From the sequence record OR413578.1: a DNA stretch of 64,000 nucleotides; one strand, 5' to 3'. The position numbers were made by a program, and so were the translations under genes. Of this stretch, positions 46,221 to 55,071 are shown one piece after another (within the stretch, counting starts at the first letter, position 1; each line of letters begins with the position of its first letter). A model generated the notes under the pieces. The model saw nothing but the letters and a program-made list of their open reading frames with translations. It was not told the origin of the DNA and ran no database searches.

Positions 46221-47483
46221 GTGACTACTGCTTATCAAGTGCGGGCCGACAGCGCTTTTGGCTTCTCTCGAGACACCCGAACTTGGGGAACCATCGATGT
46301 CACGCAGCCCTTAAATACCCTTTGTGCTAACTACCACTTTTTCGAAGTAGGACTAGAAGCACTAGGTGCTGAATATACCTTCTATAGCCAGTATCACCTG
46401 GCTGATTTACAAAACCGTACGGACACGTTGCAAGATTGGTTAAACACCAAGTCAGGAATCGCGATTCCAACGCTTGGGAAGGGCCTACCGAAGCTCGAAT
46501 TCGTTGAGGCACATTACCAGTCTATTAATGCAGATGTGCCCGTGGAAACGCACCTGTGCCCTCCTGGGTACCACTACACTCAGGACTTCAATCCTGATGA
46601 TGCACACGACGTTGTTGTAGTCTGCGACGATGAGTGGAAAGAGAAATACCGTACTGGGGTGCTGTACAACATCAACGGCCAGTGGGTACCTCACCAATCT
46701 GACCCAGTGGGCGTTCGCTTAACCGGCGCTGGTAATATCGTGCGGCGTGCCAATACGCCAGACATTGGCTGTCTGGTGATGGCAAATATCGGTAAAGTAA
46801 AGACCTACCCCATATCCGGTTTAACGATGAACAAACTCGATACTACGCGAGATTACTATTCTTCGTTAATGTTGACCTTACCCGATTCCATTACAGGGAA
46901 AACCGTTGGGTTCGTCATCGGAGGTATTCTGCATTGGTTGCCGCCGCAGGGCTATTTCAGCGACCGTGCGATTATGCTGAGTCTGCCAAACCTTAGCGTG
47001 GCGAAGATTGTATTGGAAACCCGTCGCTATTACGATTGGGACGCCATCGGTGTAGGTGATTTAAGTACGCCTACGTCCGTTCAACGTATTCGTAACTCAG
47101 AAACGTTAAAAGCGTTGCTGACGCACGAATCCTCGTTTATCTTTACGATAGACAACCCGTATCTCGAAAAAGAGATTCACGGAATAAGCCACAACGCTAT
47201 CTGGGGCCGGTTCTATTTAAAAGACCCGACTGACCCAGATGGGAAGAAGACGCTAGGTCCTATCTTTAACCGTGTTGGTAAATGTGTAGGGTACTGGCCG
47301 ACCTGGGAAGAAGGAGAGTGGGTATTTAATACCACATTCTTCGACCGGGAAAACTTTTTGTTGGGGAACGCGCGTTGGTATAACCAGAATTTGGTAAACG
47401 ACGCGCAGGCAATCGTCGGGCCTTTCGGGGCTTGGGGTAAGCCATTTGTTGAAATGCATCGCTACAAAGCACGAAAAAAATAA
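46221..47483 (+). CDS. putative virion structural protein (420 aa)
   Basis: ORF track; GAGGA RBS; context among tail genes; no motif recognised. Confidence 0.65.
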   Translation: MTTAYQVRADSAFGFSRDTRTWGTIDVTQPLNTLCANYHFFEVGLEALGAEYTFYSQYHLADLQNRTDTLQDWLNTKSGIAIPTLGKGLPKLEFVEAHYQSINADVPVETHLCPPGYHYTQDFNPDDAHDVVVVCDDEWKEKYRTGVLYNINGQWVPHQSDPVGVRLTGAGNIVRRANTPDIGCLVMANIGKVKTYPISGLTMNKLDTTRDYYSSLMLTLPDSITGKTVGFVIGGILHWLPPQGYFSDRAIMLSLPNLSVAKIVLETRRYYDWDAIGVGDLSTPTSVQRIRNSETLKALLTHESSFIFTIDNPYLEKEIHGISHNAIWGRFYLKDPTDPDGKKTLGPIFNRVGKCVGYWPTWEEGEWVFNTTFFDRENFLLGNARWYNQNLVNDAQAIVGPFGAWGKPFVEMHRYKARKK

Positions 47484-47490
47484 AAGGTAA

Positions 47491-47530
47491 ACCCTACTCC
47501 CAATGGGAGTAGGGTACCTATATCTTTTTT
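47491..47530. terminator. bidirectional terminator
   Basis: ACCCTACTCCC-AAT-GGGAGTAGGGT with A-rich and T-rich flanks. Confidence 0.85.
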
Positions 47531-47543
47531 GCCTGCAGGCCGA

Positions 47544-47753
47544 TTACGCGTTTACGTAATAGATCGCGTTGCCGAACATTTTGTTGTTGCCGCCGCAAGC
47601 GGTAACTTTAAATGCTACGCCGCCTTCAGCTTCGGCTTTTTTAGCCAGCGCTTCGGTAACTTCGGTAACGGTGCTCAGTCCAGAAACCTGAACGGTGCCT
47701 GCTTCTACCAGACCAGAAACGTCGCTGCCTGCGGTGATTTCACGAATGCTCAT
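47544..47753 (-). CDS. DUF1471 (BhsA/YhcN/McbA)-like protein lacking a signal peptide
   Basis: GTVQVSG..ALAKKA..GG..FKVT..GGNNK.FGNAIYY fits the DUF1471 pattern; in-frame TAA immediately before the ATG; GGAG RBS. Confidence 0.65.
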   Translation of the reverse strand: MSIREITAGSDVSGLVEAGTVQVSGLSTVTEVTEALAKKAEAEGGVAFKVTACGGNNKMFGNAIYYVNA

Positions 47754-47961
47754 TTACTTATCTCCATTAACAAATGATAGCAGAAGAACCCTATGTTCAA
47801 CTACTTGTACTTCGAGGCATATTAACTGCCCCGACTCGTAAATTAGTTGACAATAAACCGGCTTTTGTGCGAAAAAAGTGGCTAACTGTGTACAAGCGAT
47901 TCGGGTTATCGTTACAGTTAGGAGGTTTATTGTCACAATATACAGCTCACACGTAATTAAA

Positions 47962-48894
47962 TTAGTGCGGTGTGCTAGTGTCGTTGCCCGGACCATGGCC
48001 AGTATGTACGTGAAGAGTAAAGGTAATGCCGCCGATAACCGATTCGGTAACTGTGAATGTGCCCTTACCTTCACCCTTGCCGTTATAGAGGAAATCCTTA
48101 CCTACTTCCAGGTTACCGGTAAATAGATTCGTTGGGCATGTGGTCTTCCAGTCTTTAGTCGTCCATGCCATGTTTTTCGACGCTGTAGAGTTGCGAGTTT
48201 CGCACTTCTCGTTAATCGTCTTTGTCTCGAGATTAATAGAACGTTTAGCATAAATGAAAGCGTCCTCTTTATTGATATTAATCTTCGACCGGCAGGCGTT
48301 TTCAAACCCTAAGTCATCCTCTGGTGAGTTGAGGTAGAACTTACGCCCTTCGTCATCCACTAACTGGCAAAACCCGTCACGGGTATTCAGCTGGAGCAAA
48401 TAGGCATTTTTCTCGCCGTTAGTCATACTGGTACGTAAAGTAACGTGACCATCCATCGGGGAGATATTCAGTACGTAGGCGTTAGAGAGGTCATCGGCCA
48501 TCTGGTTTACTGGGTCAGCAGACCAGGCGTATACCCCATCTTCCAGTCGCTTAACGTTACTGTTGTTTAAATCTTCCCAGAAGTACATATCGGTTTCACC
48601 GATACGCCAGATTCTTACGTAGTCTTCTTTTTTCACATCCGGAGGGTTAACCCGGTTGCTGTTGGACTTCATCCATTTTGCAGTGATGGCATTACCTTGC
48701 TTTACGGTAAGGTTGTCAGTACCACTTAAACTGTTGTGTTGCTTCTCTACAGGTGTCTCTGTTGCATCGACAGCTGTAGGATTAATAAAGTTAACTTCGA
48801 TAGGGATGACTTTAACTCGAGTGGCACCACGAGGTTTATCTTCCGCGACGATACCTATCGAGAAGATGTGCAACCCTGACTTAGATTTATTCAT
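47962..48894 (-). CDS. baseplate central spike (gpV/gp138/gp5-like)
   Basis: N-terminal GIV..VKV..W..PDV..D.V (OB-fold pattern), beta-rich middle, C-terminal HVH iron-binding apex motif followed by TSTP. Confidence 0.7.
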   Translation of the reverse strand: MNKSKSGLHIFSIGIVAEDKPRGATRVKVIPIEVNFINPTAVDATETPVEKQHNSLSGTDNLTVKQGNAITAKWMKSNSNRVNPPDVKKEDYVRIWRIGETDMYFWEDLNNSNVKRLEDGVYAWSADPVNQMADDLSNAYVLNISPMDGHVTLRTSMTNGEKNAYLLQLNTRDGFCQLVDDEGRKFYLNSPEDDLGFENACRSKININKEDAFIYAKRSINLETKTINEKCETRNSTASKNMAWTTKDWKTTCPTNLFTGNLEVGKDFLYNGKGEGKGTFTVTESVIGGITFTLHVHTGHGPGNDTSTPH

Positions 48895-48907
48895 ACCACC
48901 CTCCTCT

Positions 48908-48914
48908 CATACTA
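48908..48914 (-). promoter_or_regulatory. candidate late promoter TAGTATG
   Basis: Minus-strand TAGTATG directly before the GAGGAGGG RBS of the spike gene. Confidence 0.5.
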
Positions 48915-49078
48915 CACTTTTTTACGTTTCGATCTCATCGTTTGACAATCGAGGAGAGTACGGGGGTAAGGGGGTTTATGTATTGGATGCGAACATAAAC
49001 GGAGGTATCCGTAGGATACCGACATCCTTTTGTTTTGTAGTTGACCTTGACTTTTAACCTAACGAGGAGTGCAATACC

Positions 49079-49396
49079 ATGTCTTTATTTCAAACCATTA
49101 AAAGTGCATTAGAGCGTAATGATGCAGACAGTGCCTTTACTGCGTTACAGAAAGCCAGTAACGGGAAGCTAGACAGCGTCTTTGCTAACAATCAAAGAAT
49201 GCGCTTTTACAAAGTGGGGGAAGTAGACCAATTCTACGACGAACTGTTTACGGGGGTAGTGCAAAGCGCGGTATACGCCATGCCGACTGAACAATTAAGT
49301 CAGTTTGAAAAAGGGATGCGTTACCAGCGGTTAAGTAACGACTACTCATTACTGAATCTGGCTATCGATGACTGCACCGTACTGGTTGTATACTAA
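49079..49396 (+). CDS. hypothetical protein
   Basis: ORF track; GAGGAG RBS. Confidence 0.7.
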   Translation: MSLFQTIKSALERNDADSAFTALQKASNGKLDSVFANNQRMRFYKVGEVDQFYDELFTGVVQSAVYAMPTEQLSQFEKGMRYQRLSNDYSLLNLAIDDCTVLVVY

Positions 49397-49403
49397 GTTT
49401 TTA

Positions 49404-49426
49404 CAGATAGATGTCATCTTAGTGAG
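49404..49426 (+). promoter_or_regulatory. candidate early promoter (variant)
   Basis: CAGATAGATGTCATCTTA-GTGAG aligns with the 1546/53166 elements at the same spacing. Confidence 0.55.
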
Positions 49427-49516
49427 CATTGTGTATAAACCCACAGTCGCTTAAACACCAACTGTTCTTTAGTAACAGTTTTTGGTCACTTTAGTGTACT
49501 TTAAAGGAAATACCAA

Positions 49517-50749
49517 ATGTATAACGAATTAGTTTACCAGACACCGAAAGAAGCATTCTTTAATGCAGTAATTACTAACTCAATTGTACTGTTGGGAATG
49601 CAGTTCAGTATTCGGAGTATGGCTTACAGCGACGTAACGTGGCAGGATTGTGCGTACCTGCCACAAAAGCTCTCAACCGTTGTCGAAAAGCGGCTGCTTG
49701 ACAAAGGGGAAGTAAAGTGCCGTTTAGGCCACCACGTCTCTGACTTAGCGCCGTGGGTTGAGTTAACCATGACGTTCGAAGGGGATTCGCGGGTAGTTTA
49801 CCTATCAGGTAATCAAAACATCGGACGCGCCATTGCTGAGGGTAACACAATGTGGGTGCACTACATTCTTACTCTGCTGACCGGTAAACCGGTGTTCGAG
49901 TTAACACCTGACATGCCTGCACTAAGCGATAGCAACTGGTGGACTGGCGGAGAGCTGAATACAGGGTTTAATGAGAAATTACAAAACTTTAATTCAGAGC
50001 GACTCGATGTTGATGCGGAAGTGTTGGTGCAGCAGTTCCCCGAATTCACTGCGTACCAAATTACTACCGTATGGAATAGAGCGGTAAGCAAGCGCAGATT
50101 CTACACGAAAAACGCACCGCGTGAAGCAGCCAAACCTGTGGAAATTGACGAAGACACCAAGGAAGCACTGCGTGATCTAGCCACCACTGCCAATGACGGT
50201 AATACGATGTTCTGGACATCTGATGAAAACGCTAACCATTATTTCGGTGAGATGTTAGACGCCGATGTTTGGTCAGTAATGCCGATAACAGAGCCAGGAA
50301 ACCTTAAAGATTACTATAAGGTCGAAAAGGATGAGGTGGTTAATGAGAAAGTCGTCGCTCTTCTTGCTGTTTTCCGCGAAGTTATCCAGTCAGAAATACT
50401 GTTAAGCATCTATAAACGCAAGACCCCAGCCAGTGAAAATGACACGGCGTGGGTATTTGACTGTCGACCGACAAATACAATATCGCCTGCGTTCTGGATA
50501 CAGGTGTCAGGAACGCTGCAGCGTGTGAACAGTTCCGTTGTTTCTCGCCTGCCAGATTCTGAAATGCGCTCCGTTGCCGAACCTGCTTATTTGATGTCGG
50601 CGAAGGCGGTACGGGATGCGTGGGGTACCAACGAACTGAAACAATGGCATTACGACGCTATCATCAAATGGGGTGTTAACAATGGCTGGAAAGAAGTGAC
50701 TAAGTACGGCCGTCAACTATTGTTTGTCGCTGATTTGCGTTTACTGTAA
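49517..50749 (+). CDS. hypothetical protein (410 aa)
   Basis: ORF track; AAAGGA RBS; followed by a terminator. Confidence 0.75.
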   Translation: MYNELVYQTPKEAFFNAVITNSIVLLGMQFSIRSMAYSDVTWQDCAYLPQKLSTVVEKRLLDKGEVKCRLGHHVSDLAPWVELTMTFEGDSRVVYLSGNQNIGRAIAEGNTMWVHYILTLLTGKPVFELTPDMPALSDSNWWTGGELNTGFNEKLQNFNSERLDVDAEVLVQQFPEFTAYQITTVWNRAVSKRRFYTKNAPREAAKPVEIDEDTKEALRDLATTANDGNTMFWTSDENANHYFGEMLDADVWSVMPITEPGNLKDYYKVEKDEVVNEKVVALLAVFREVIQSEILLSIYKRKTPASENDTAWVFDCRPTNTISPAFWIQVSGTLQRVNSSVVSRLPDSEMRSVAEPAYLMSAKAVRDAWGTNELKQWHYDAIIKWGVNNGWKEVTKYGRQLLFVADLRLL

Positions 50750-50759
50750 TCTCGTCATC

Positions 50760-50788
50760 GGGGGTCTTGTACCCCCTTCTTATTTTTT
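50760..50788 (+). terminator. intrinsic terminator
   Basis: GGGGGT-CTTGT-ACCCCC followed by TTCTTATTTTTT. Confidence 0.75.
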
Positions 50789-50809
50789 AACCGTAAAGAG
50801 TATTTAACC

Positions 50810-51391
50810 ATGCCACAACCAATTATTGAACAACATGAAATGAACTACGAAGAACTGACCCGCCGCTATCGCGTGAAAGCCCCACGGGTAGTAGAAGGTT
50901 GCGAGAAATACAAAGAAGCAGACTTCGTGGTATTCCAACGCGAAGGTGTTCCGACGTTGGTGTTCGTAAAACACGTCACCACCGATAACGACGACCGTCT
51001 AGTGATGCTGTATAACGTGATGGCTACCGTACTAGATACCGATATTGGACTGTTACGTCGTTATAAATCATCCTACGAACAGAAAGCGAAGGTAGTTGCT
51101 TTTGACTTACCACGCACGGTACTAGTAGATGGTTCCCGTCCGGCTATTCTTCGTTTTACGAGAAGTGAAGACGACAGTAACCCAGCGCATACCGTTCAGC
51201 CACTAACGCTGTCGCAAGATACGTTACAGCAGAACGGCGGGATGGATTGGCTAAACGTCATGTTACCGGGCCTAGCTGAAGGTCAGGAACTGCATCTGGT
51301 TTGCTACACCCCATCCGTTGAGCACACCTATGCGCGTTACCTTACCGAAGAACACGGTTTCCGTAACCACCGCGGTATTTACATTGCGTAA
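50810..51391 (+). CDS. hypothetical protein
   Basis: ORF track; tightly packed with the downstream genes. Confidence 0.7.
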   Translation: MPQPIIEQHEMNYEELTRRYRVKAPRVVEGCEKYKEADFVVFQREGVPTLVFVKHVTTDNDDRLVMLYNVMATVLDTDIGLLRRYKSSYEQKAKVVAFDLPRTVLVDGSRPAILRFTRSEDDSNPAHTVQPLTLSQDTLQQNGGMDWLNVMLPGLAEGQELHLVCYTPSVEHTYARYLTEEHGFRNHRGIYIA

Positions 51392-51400
51392 GGTGGGTGT

Positions 51401-51964
51401 ATGTTTCGTTTACTAGAAATTCGAAACGATATCTGGCAAGAGCACATCCGCAACGATCCGGAGTGGGAAGGAGTTGAACGTGATTTACCGGATAACCCCG
51501 ACCAGCTGCTGGTGTTCCTTTATAGCGATAAGGCCAAACAGATCAAGGGGATATTTGAACGCAAAACGACAAGCTTGTCGACCTTACTGAGCTGTATTTG
51601 CTGTGGCGTCAGTGAGCTTGATCCCAATCTATTCGCCAACTATCTTGCGCGTAAAGTCCGTACACCGCTACTGGAGGTTACACTCCCGCCAGATATTCGT
51701 ATCAGTAAAACCGTACCGACCGTTTTGCGTTTACAGGACGTGTCTGGTAGTAGCGACGACGGGGAAACAACGATTACTCTTTCCTCGTCAGAGAGTGAAC
51801 TCGCAACCGAATCGTTTCTTAGCGAAGTCGAGGCCGGATTAAAGCAGGACGTAATCGTCTATAATCTCGGCGGTGTGCCCATTGATCCCATTTTACACTT
51901 CTTTGAAAGCCAAACCTGCCATCTCGTAGAAAGCTTAACATACCACTTTAAAGGAGCTTTATGA
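51401..51964 (+). CDS. hypothetical protein
   Basis: ORF track; AAGGTGG RBS. Confidence 0.7.
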   Translation: MFRLLEIRNDIWQEHIRNDPEWEGVERDLPDNPDQLLVFLYSDKAKQIKGIFERKTTSLSTLLSCICCGVSELDPNLFANYLARKVRTPLLEVTLPPDIRISKTVPTVLRLQDVSGSSDDGETTITLSSSESELATESFLSEVEAGLKQDVIVYNLGGVPIDPILHFFESQTCHLVESLTYHFKGAL

Positions 51965-52491
51965 TGAAACTCGAAGGCTACGTTGTTACTGATAAACCTT
52001 TTGCTGAAGCCAACCTGTCGCGTTCACAGGTTGTTTATAAAGACATCGATGTGCCTGCCGAAATCGTTAAAGCGAATCCCAGCTGGCTAATCAACCACGT
52101 TTCTTTGGAAATCACCAATCCGTTTATCAACGATCCAACCGACCCATTTGTCGACATGGGTAATTTCCGCGATATTCTTTCCCCACATCAATACCAGACA
52201 GTGGCACAGAAAAAAGGGAAGCTGTTCACTGAAACGAATGAGTGGGAGCGTATCCAAGAGCGTCATCCTGAAAAGGGTTTGATGGAAATTTATCACCAAC
52301 ACCCTAAAGAGTTTGACAAATTACCTCTGTGGGCATCGGTGGCGTATAACTGCAGTGGGATATATGACCATCTGTTGCTGAGCGGATACGATGGCGCAAT
52401 ACACGCAGCCGAAGGCCCGCGCACGCCGGTAACTGTTTATCACACATTTCACCCAGCGCGCATCACTTTCATCGAAACGTTGAGTGTGTAG
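51961..52491 (+). CDS. hypothetical protein, possible ADP-ribosyltransferase-fold (ART-PolyVal-like)
   Basis: V.L.I.NP and L..SGYDGAI..Y..F.P..I motifs; the N-terminal catalytic His is not evident. Confidence 0.4.
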   Translation: MMKLEGYVVTDKPFAEANLSRSQVVYKDIDVPAEIVKANPSWLINHVSLEITNPFINDPTDPFVDMGNFRDILSPHQYQTVAQKKGKLFTETNEWERIQERHPEKGLMEIYHQHPKEFDKLPLWASVAYNCSGIYDHLLLSGYDGAIHAAEGPRTPVTVYHTFHPARITFIETLSV

Positions 52492-52496
52492 TTTAT

Positions 52497-52537
52497 CTCC
52501 AGTAACCACGAGGGTTACTGGAGTCCTCTTATTTTTT
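52497..52537 (+). terminator. intrinsic terminator
   Basis: CTCCAGTAACC/GGTTACTGGAG stem followed by a T-tract. Confidence 0.8.
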
Positions 52538-52570
52538 ACACTTAACTCAAATTAATTTGAGGTGTGGTAT

Positions 52571-53158
52571 ATGACAGAACGTATTTTACGACTGCAAGAG
52601 AACAGGTTAGAAGACCTGCACGTAATGCGTAGTCGTGGCTTGTTCCCAGTGGGGCTTGACGTAAGTGGGTTAATAACTTCTGCGCAGCACGGGGACAAGG
52701 TCATTACAATGCATTCGCGTGGGAACGAAGTGGTCTCTGCGATTTTCATCGATAAGGTTATTCCGGACTCGGAAAGTGGTAAGGTGGCGGGACACATCAT
52801 TTACGAATACTTTCGCAGCATTCTATACGAGGAAAAGATAAACGTCAAAACTTTTATGGAATACGCTAAGCGAAATAACTACATCGATGCGCGGCTGATG
52901 GTCACGGAAGGCACTCCAACTATAAACGGTAAAGTCCACCATCGTTTACTTGGAGCACAGTTGCCGAGACTAGGCGAGATACCAACGACGATAGAGCTGC
53001 ACCAAAAAACAGATTGGCGACACAAAATCGAAGTGCTTCACAAGCTTTACGATTTATCGATCGTTCAAATCAAACTGGTGGACTTTACGCCTGCAAATAT
53101 GCAAATCGCTAAGCGCGCGTTGGGTTTTCGTATTCTTAACACAACCTTCACATTGTAA
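52571..53158 (+). CDS. hypothetical protein
   Basis: ATG 52571 after GAGGTG. Confidence 0.7.
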   Translation: MTERILRLQENRLEDLHVMRSRGLFPVGLDVSGLITSAQHGDKVITMHSRGNEVVSAIFIDKVIPDSESGKVAGHIIYEYFRSILYEEKINVKTFMEYAKRNNYIDARLMVTEGTPTINGKVHHRLLGAQLPRLGEIPTTIELHQKTDWRHKIEVLHKLYDLSIVQIKLVDFTPANMQIAKRALGFRILNTTFTL

Positions 53159-53165
53159 AATATCT

Positions 53166-53205
53166 CAGATATATATTACCTAGGTGAGAGTTAAGAGATT
53201 AACTC
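53166..53205 (+). promoter_or_regulatory. phage early promoter (TATATTAC) plus 5' hairpin
   Basis: 28/29 identical to 1546-1574; same GAGTTAA/TTAACTC stem with a different loop (GAGA vs CCA). Confidence 0.75.
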
Positions 53206-53208
53206 AAT

Positions 53209-53237
53209 GGCTACCTTCGGGTAGCCTATTCTTTTTT
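53209..53237 (+). terminator. terminator-like hairpin just downstream of the promoter
   Basis: GGCTACC-TTCG-GGTAGCC-TATTCTTTTTT. Confidence 0.75.
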
Positions 53238-53262
53238 AAACCAATCGACTATAGAGCAAAAC

Positions 53263-53664
53263 ATGACTATCAAGAAGTTCTTACAAACAGTAGTAGTTCT
53301 GGCCGCATGTGGTATCGCAGCAACTTATGCTTTCGATAAGCCAGACGTGACTGAATACGTATCTGCGGATTCCGATTACGGTATTGCACCGAATGAAAAA
53401 CCGGAACTGATGCGTGAGGTCGAACAGTTACAAATCTACAAACTGACGGATGGTAAGAACTGCACAGGGCTGGTTATCGCTGATAAGAAACTGAAAATGT
53501 ATCAGCGGTTATTCGACATATCGTGCGATCAACCAAAAGTCACTTCGGTCAGCGTATCGCCGTTGGAATTACCAGATCTGGTTGCTGTGAGTTTTTATCA
53601 CAACGATGTGCTCGTTGGCCGCATCACCCTCATTCGTGGAGATATCAAAAATGAAATACAATAA
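53263..53664 (+). CDS. secreted/periplasmic protein with one Cys pair
   Basis: Signal-like MTIKKFLQTVVVLAACGIAATYA; two Cys in the mature part. Confidence 0.7.
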   Translation: MTIKKFLQTVVVLAACGIAATYAFDKPDVTEYVSADSDYGIAPNEKPELMREVEQLQIYKLTDGKNCTGLVIADKKLKMYQRLFDISCDQPKVTSVSVSPLELPDLVAVSFYHNDVLVGRITLIRGDIKNEIQ

Positions 53665-54142
53665 CGTTAATCACCACTTGGCCAAAGTGGTGCTTTTTAC
53701 TGTGCTGCTGATGGCACTTGTTGTTGGGCTACGGATTTCTAAGGCGCACGCTGACGAATTCAGCGGGTTCCAGGGCAGTATTAACGGCAGCATTCCAGCA
53801 TATACCCGCACCATCAATCTTAATGATAAGCCGTTCTGGTGCAACGCGCGTAAGCTGCTTAAGAAACAGTGTCGTGTAGTTGACATATCCTTCAACGGTC
53901 GTGTCGCTATCGTACACCGTCCGGGCGATAAAGATTGCCCAGGTGGTTGGTGGGGTGCAGTCGACCGTCACAACGGTGACGCGTTATGGCTTATCCCTAA
54001 TCGTGATGAACTATCAGTGGAGAAAATTTGCAGCAAAGATTTCAGGGCCGGTTTTGTACAGCGACCTGATACCAAAACTCTGGCCTCCATCGCTATGTAC
54101 TACGGTATGGAAACCATCAAAACAATCGACTATTCAGAATAA
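53651..54142 (+). CDS. secreted Cys-paired paralog 1
   Basis: ATG 53651; signal peptide ending AHA; PFWC..C.VV..S..IV..G..C.GG motif. Confidence 0.7.
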   Translation: MKYNNVNHHLAKVVLFTVLLMALVVGLRISKAHADEFSGFQGSINGSIPAYTRTINLNDKPFWCNARKLLKKQCRVVDISFNGRVAIVHRPGDKDCPGGWWGAVDRHNGDALWLIPNRDELSVEKICSKDFRAGFVQRPDTKTLASIAMYYGMETIKTIDYSE

Positions 54143-54164
54143 CTCAAAAAATTGAGGTGCTATT

Positions 54165-54575
54165 ATGAAACATTTTTTATTACCAGTTTTACTTGCTACT
54201 CTGGCCATTAGCTTCTTCGCTCGTGCTGGAAGTATCGAGTTACCAAAAGTTGTTAACGATCACGAATACGGCGGACCCTTCTGGTGCCAGAACTCTGACG
54301 TACAAGGCGGTAGCTGCCAGATCGTTGCGATGTCCGATAACAACCGTTACCTGTTAGTGAAAACTATGGGCGGCGTCGCATGTGGCGACCCTGAATACGG
54401 AGTTATTAACATGGCAACCGGGCAAGCCGAATCCATGAACTACAATGATAACCAAGCCTGCAGTGGTGAAGCCGTTGCTGAGTTTACTCGCGACCCAGGT
54501 GATAATGCCCTGACGGTTATCATGTACGACCCTACGATTAAGAAAAACGTAGGTATCAATAAACTCGACTTTTAA
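54165..54575 (+). CDS. secreted Cys-paired paralog 2
   Basis: MKHFLLPVLLATLAISFFARA; PFWC..C.IV..S..YLLV..G..CG. Confidence 0.75.
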   Translation: MKHFLLPVLLATLAISFFARAGSIELPKVVNDHEYGGPFWCQNSDVQGGSCQIVAMSDNNRYLLVKTMGGVACGDPEYGVINMATGQAESMNYNDNQACSGEAVAEFTRDPGDNALTVIMYDPTIKKNVGINKLDF

Positions 54576-54588
54576 GTAAGGAAACAAC

Positions 54589-54972
54589 ATGCGTGGATTT
54601 ATGGGTATTATCGTGGCGGTGTTCTTTACCGCTTCTGCTTCAGCTACAACCAGCGTAGAAGATTTACTACCAGGCACACCGTATCAGTACAATCCGCCTT
54701 CGTTCGAAGTCTGTACTGGCGACGATGGTAGATGTGAAGAAGTCAGCCGGCACGACGAGTATATCCTGGTCCACGCAAAGGGCGAGGAAACTTGTCCGGC
54801 AGGTTACTACTTTCTGTTGAACTCAAAGGCACAAGAGATTGTGCCTGTAGAGACAATAACGTGCGACCCGACGCTTCGCGCGTCGCTCGCATACAATACG
54901 AAAACCAAACAACGCCTCCTGGTTATTGAACAGCAAGGGGTGGTGCGTGGTTCAGTAGCGCTCGACCAGTAA
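54589..54972 (+). CDS. secreted Cys-paired paralog 3
   Basis: MRGFMGIIVAVFFTASASA; C..C..VS..YILV..G..CPAG. Confidence 0.75.
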   Translation: MRGFMGIIVAVFFTASASATTSVEDLLPGTPYQYNPPSFEVCTGDDGRCEEVSRHDEYILVHAKGEETCPAGYYFLLNSKAQEIVPVETITCDPTLRASLAYNTKTKQRLLVIEQQGVVRGSVALDQ

Positions 54973-54984
54973 CCGAAAAGTTTT

Positions 54985-55023
54985 CAGACAGATGTTATAA
55001 CGTGAGATGACGACCCATCTCAC
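54985..55023 (+). promoter_or_regulatory. candidate early promoter (variant) plus 5' hairpin
   Basis: CAGACAGATGTTATAAC-GTGAG; GTGAGATG-acgacc-CATCTCAC stem. Confidence 0.55.
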
Positions 55024-55026
55024 TTT

Positions 55027-55071
55027 GGCCCTGCGGCGATATCCCCAACACTTAGCCGCAGGGTCCTTTTT
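55027..55071 (+). terminator. terminator-like hairpin just downstream of the promoter
   Basis: CCCTGCGGC/GCCGCAGGG stem followed by TCCTTTTT. Confidence 0.6.

Noticed and set aside
47774-47956. 60-aa plus-strand ORF between the DUF1471-like gene and the spike gene
   Set aside because: No clear RBS, and only 20 nt from a divergent start; cannot be supported.
47962-48894. Spike C-terminal HxH as a novelty
   Set aside because: The iron-binding apex is well known from P2 gpV and phi92 gp138; listed as a feature only.
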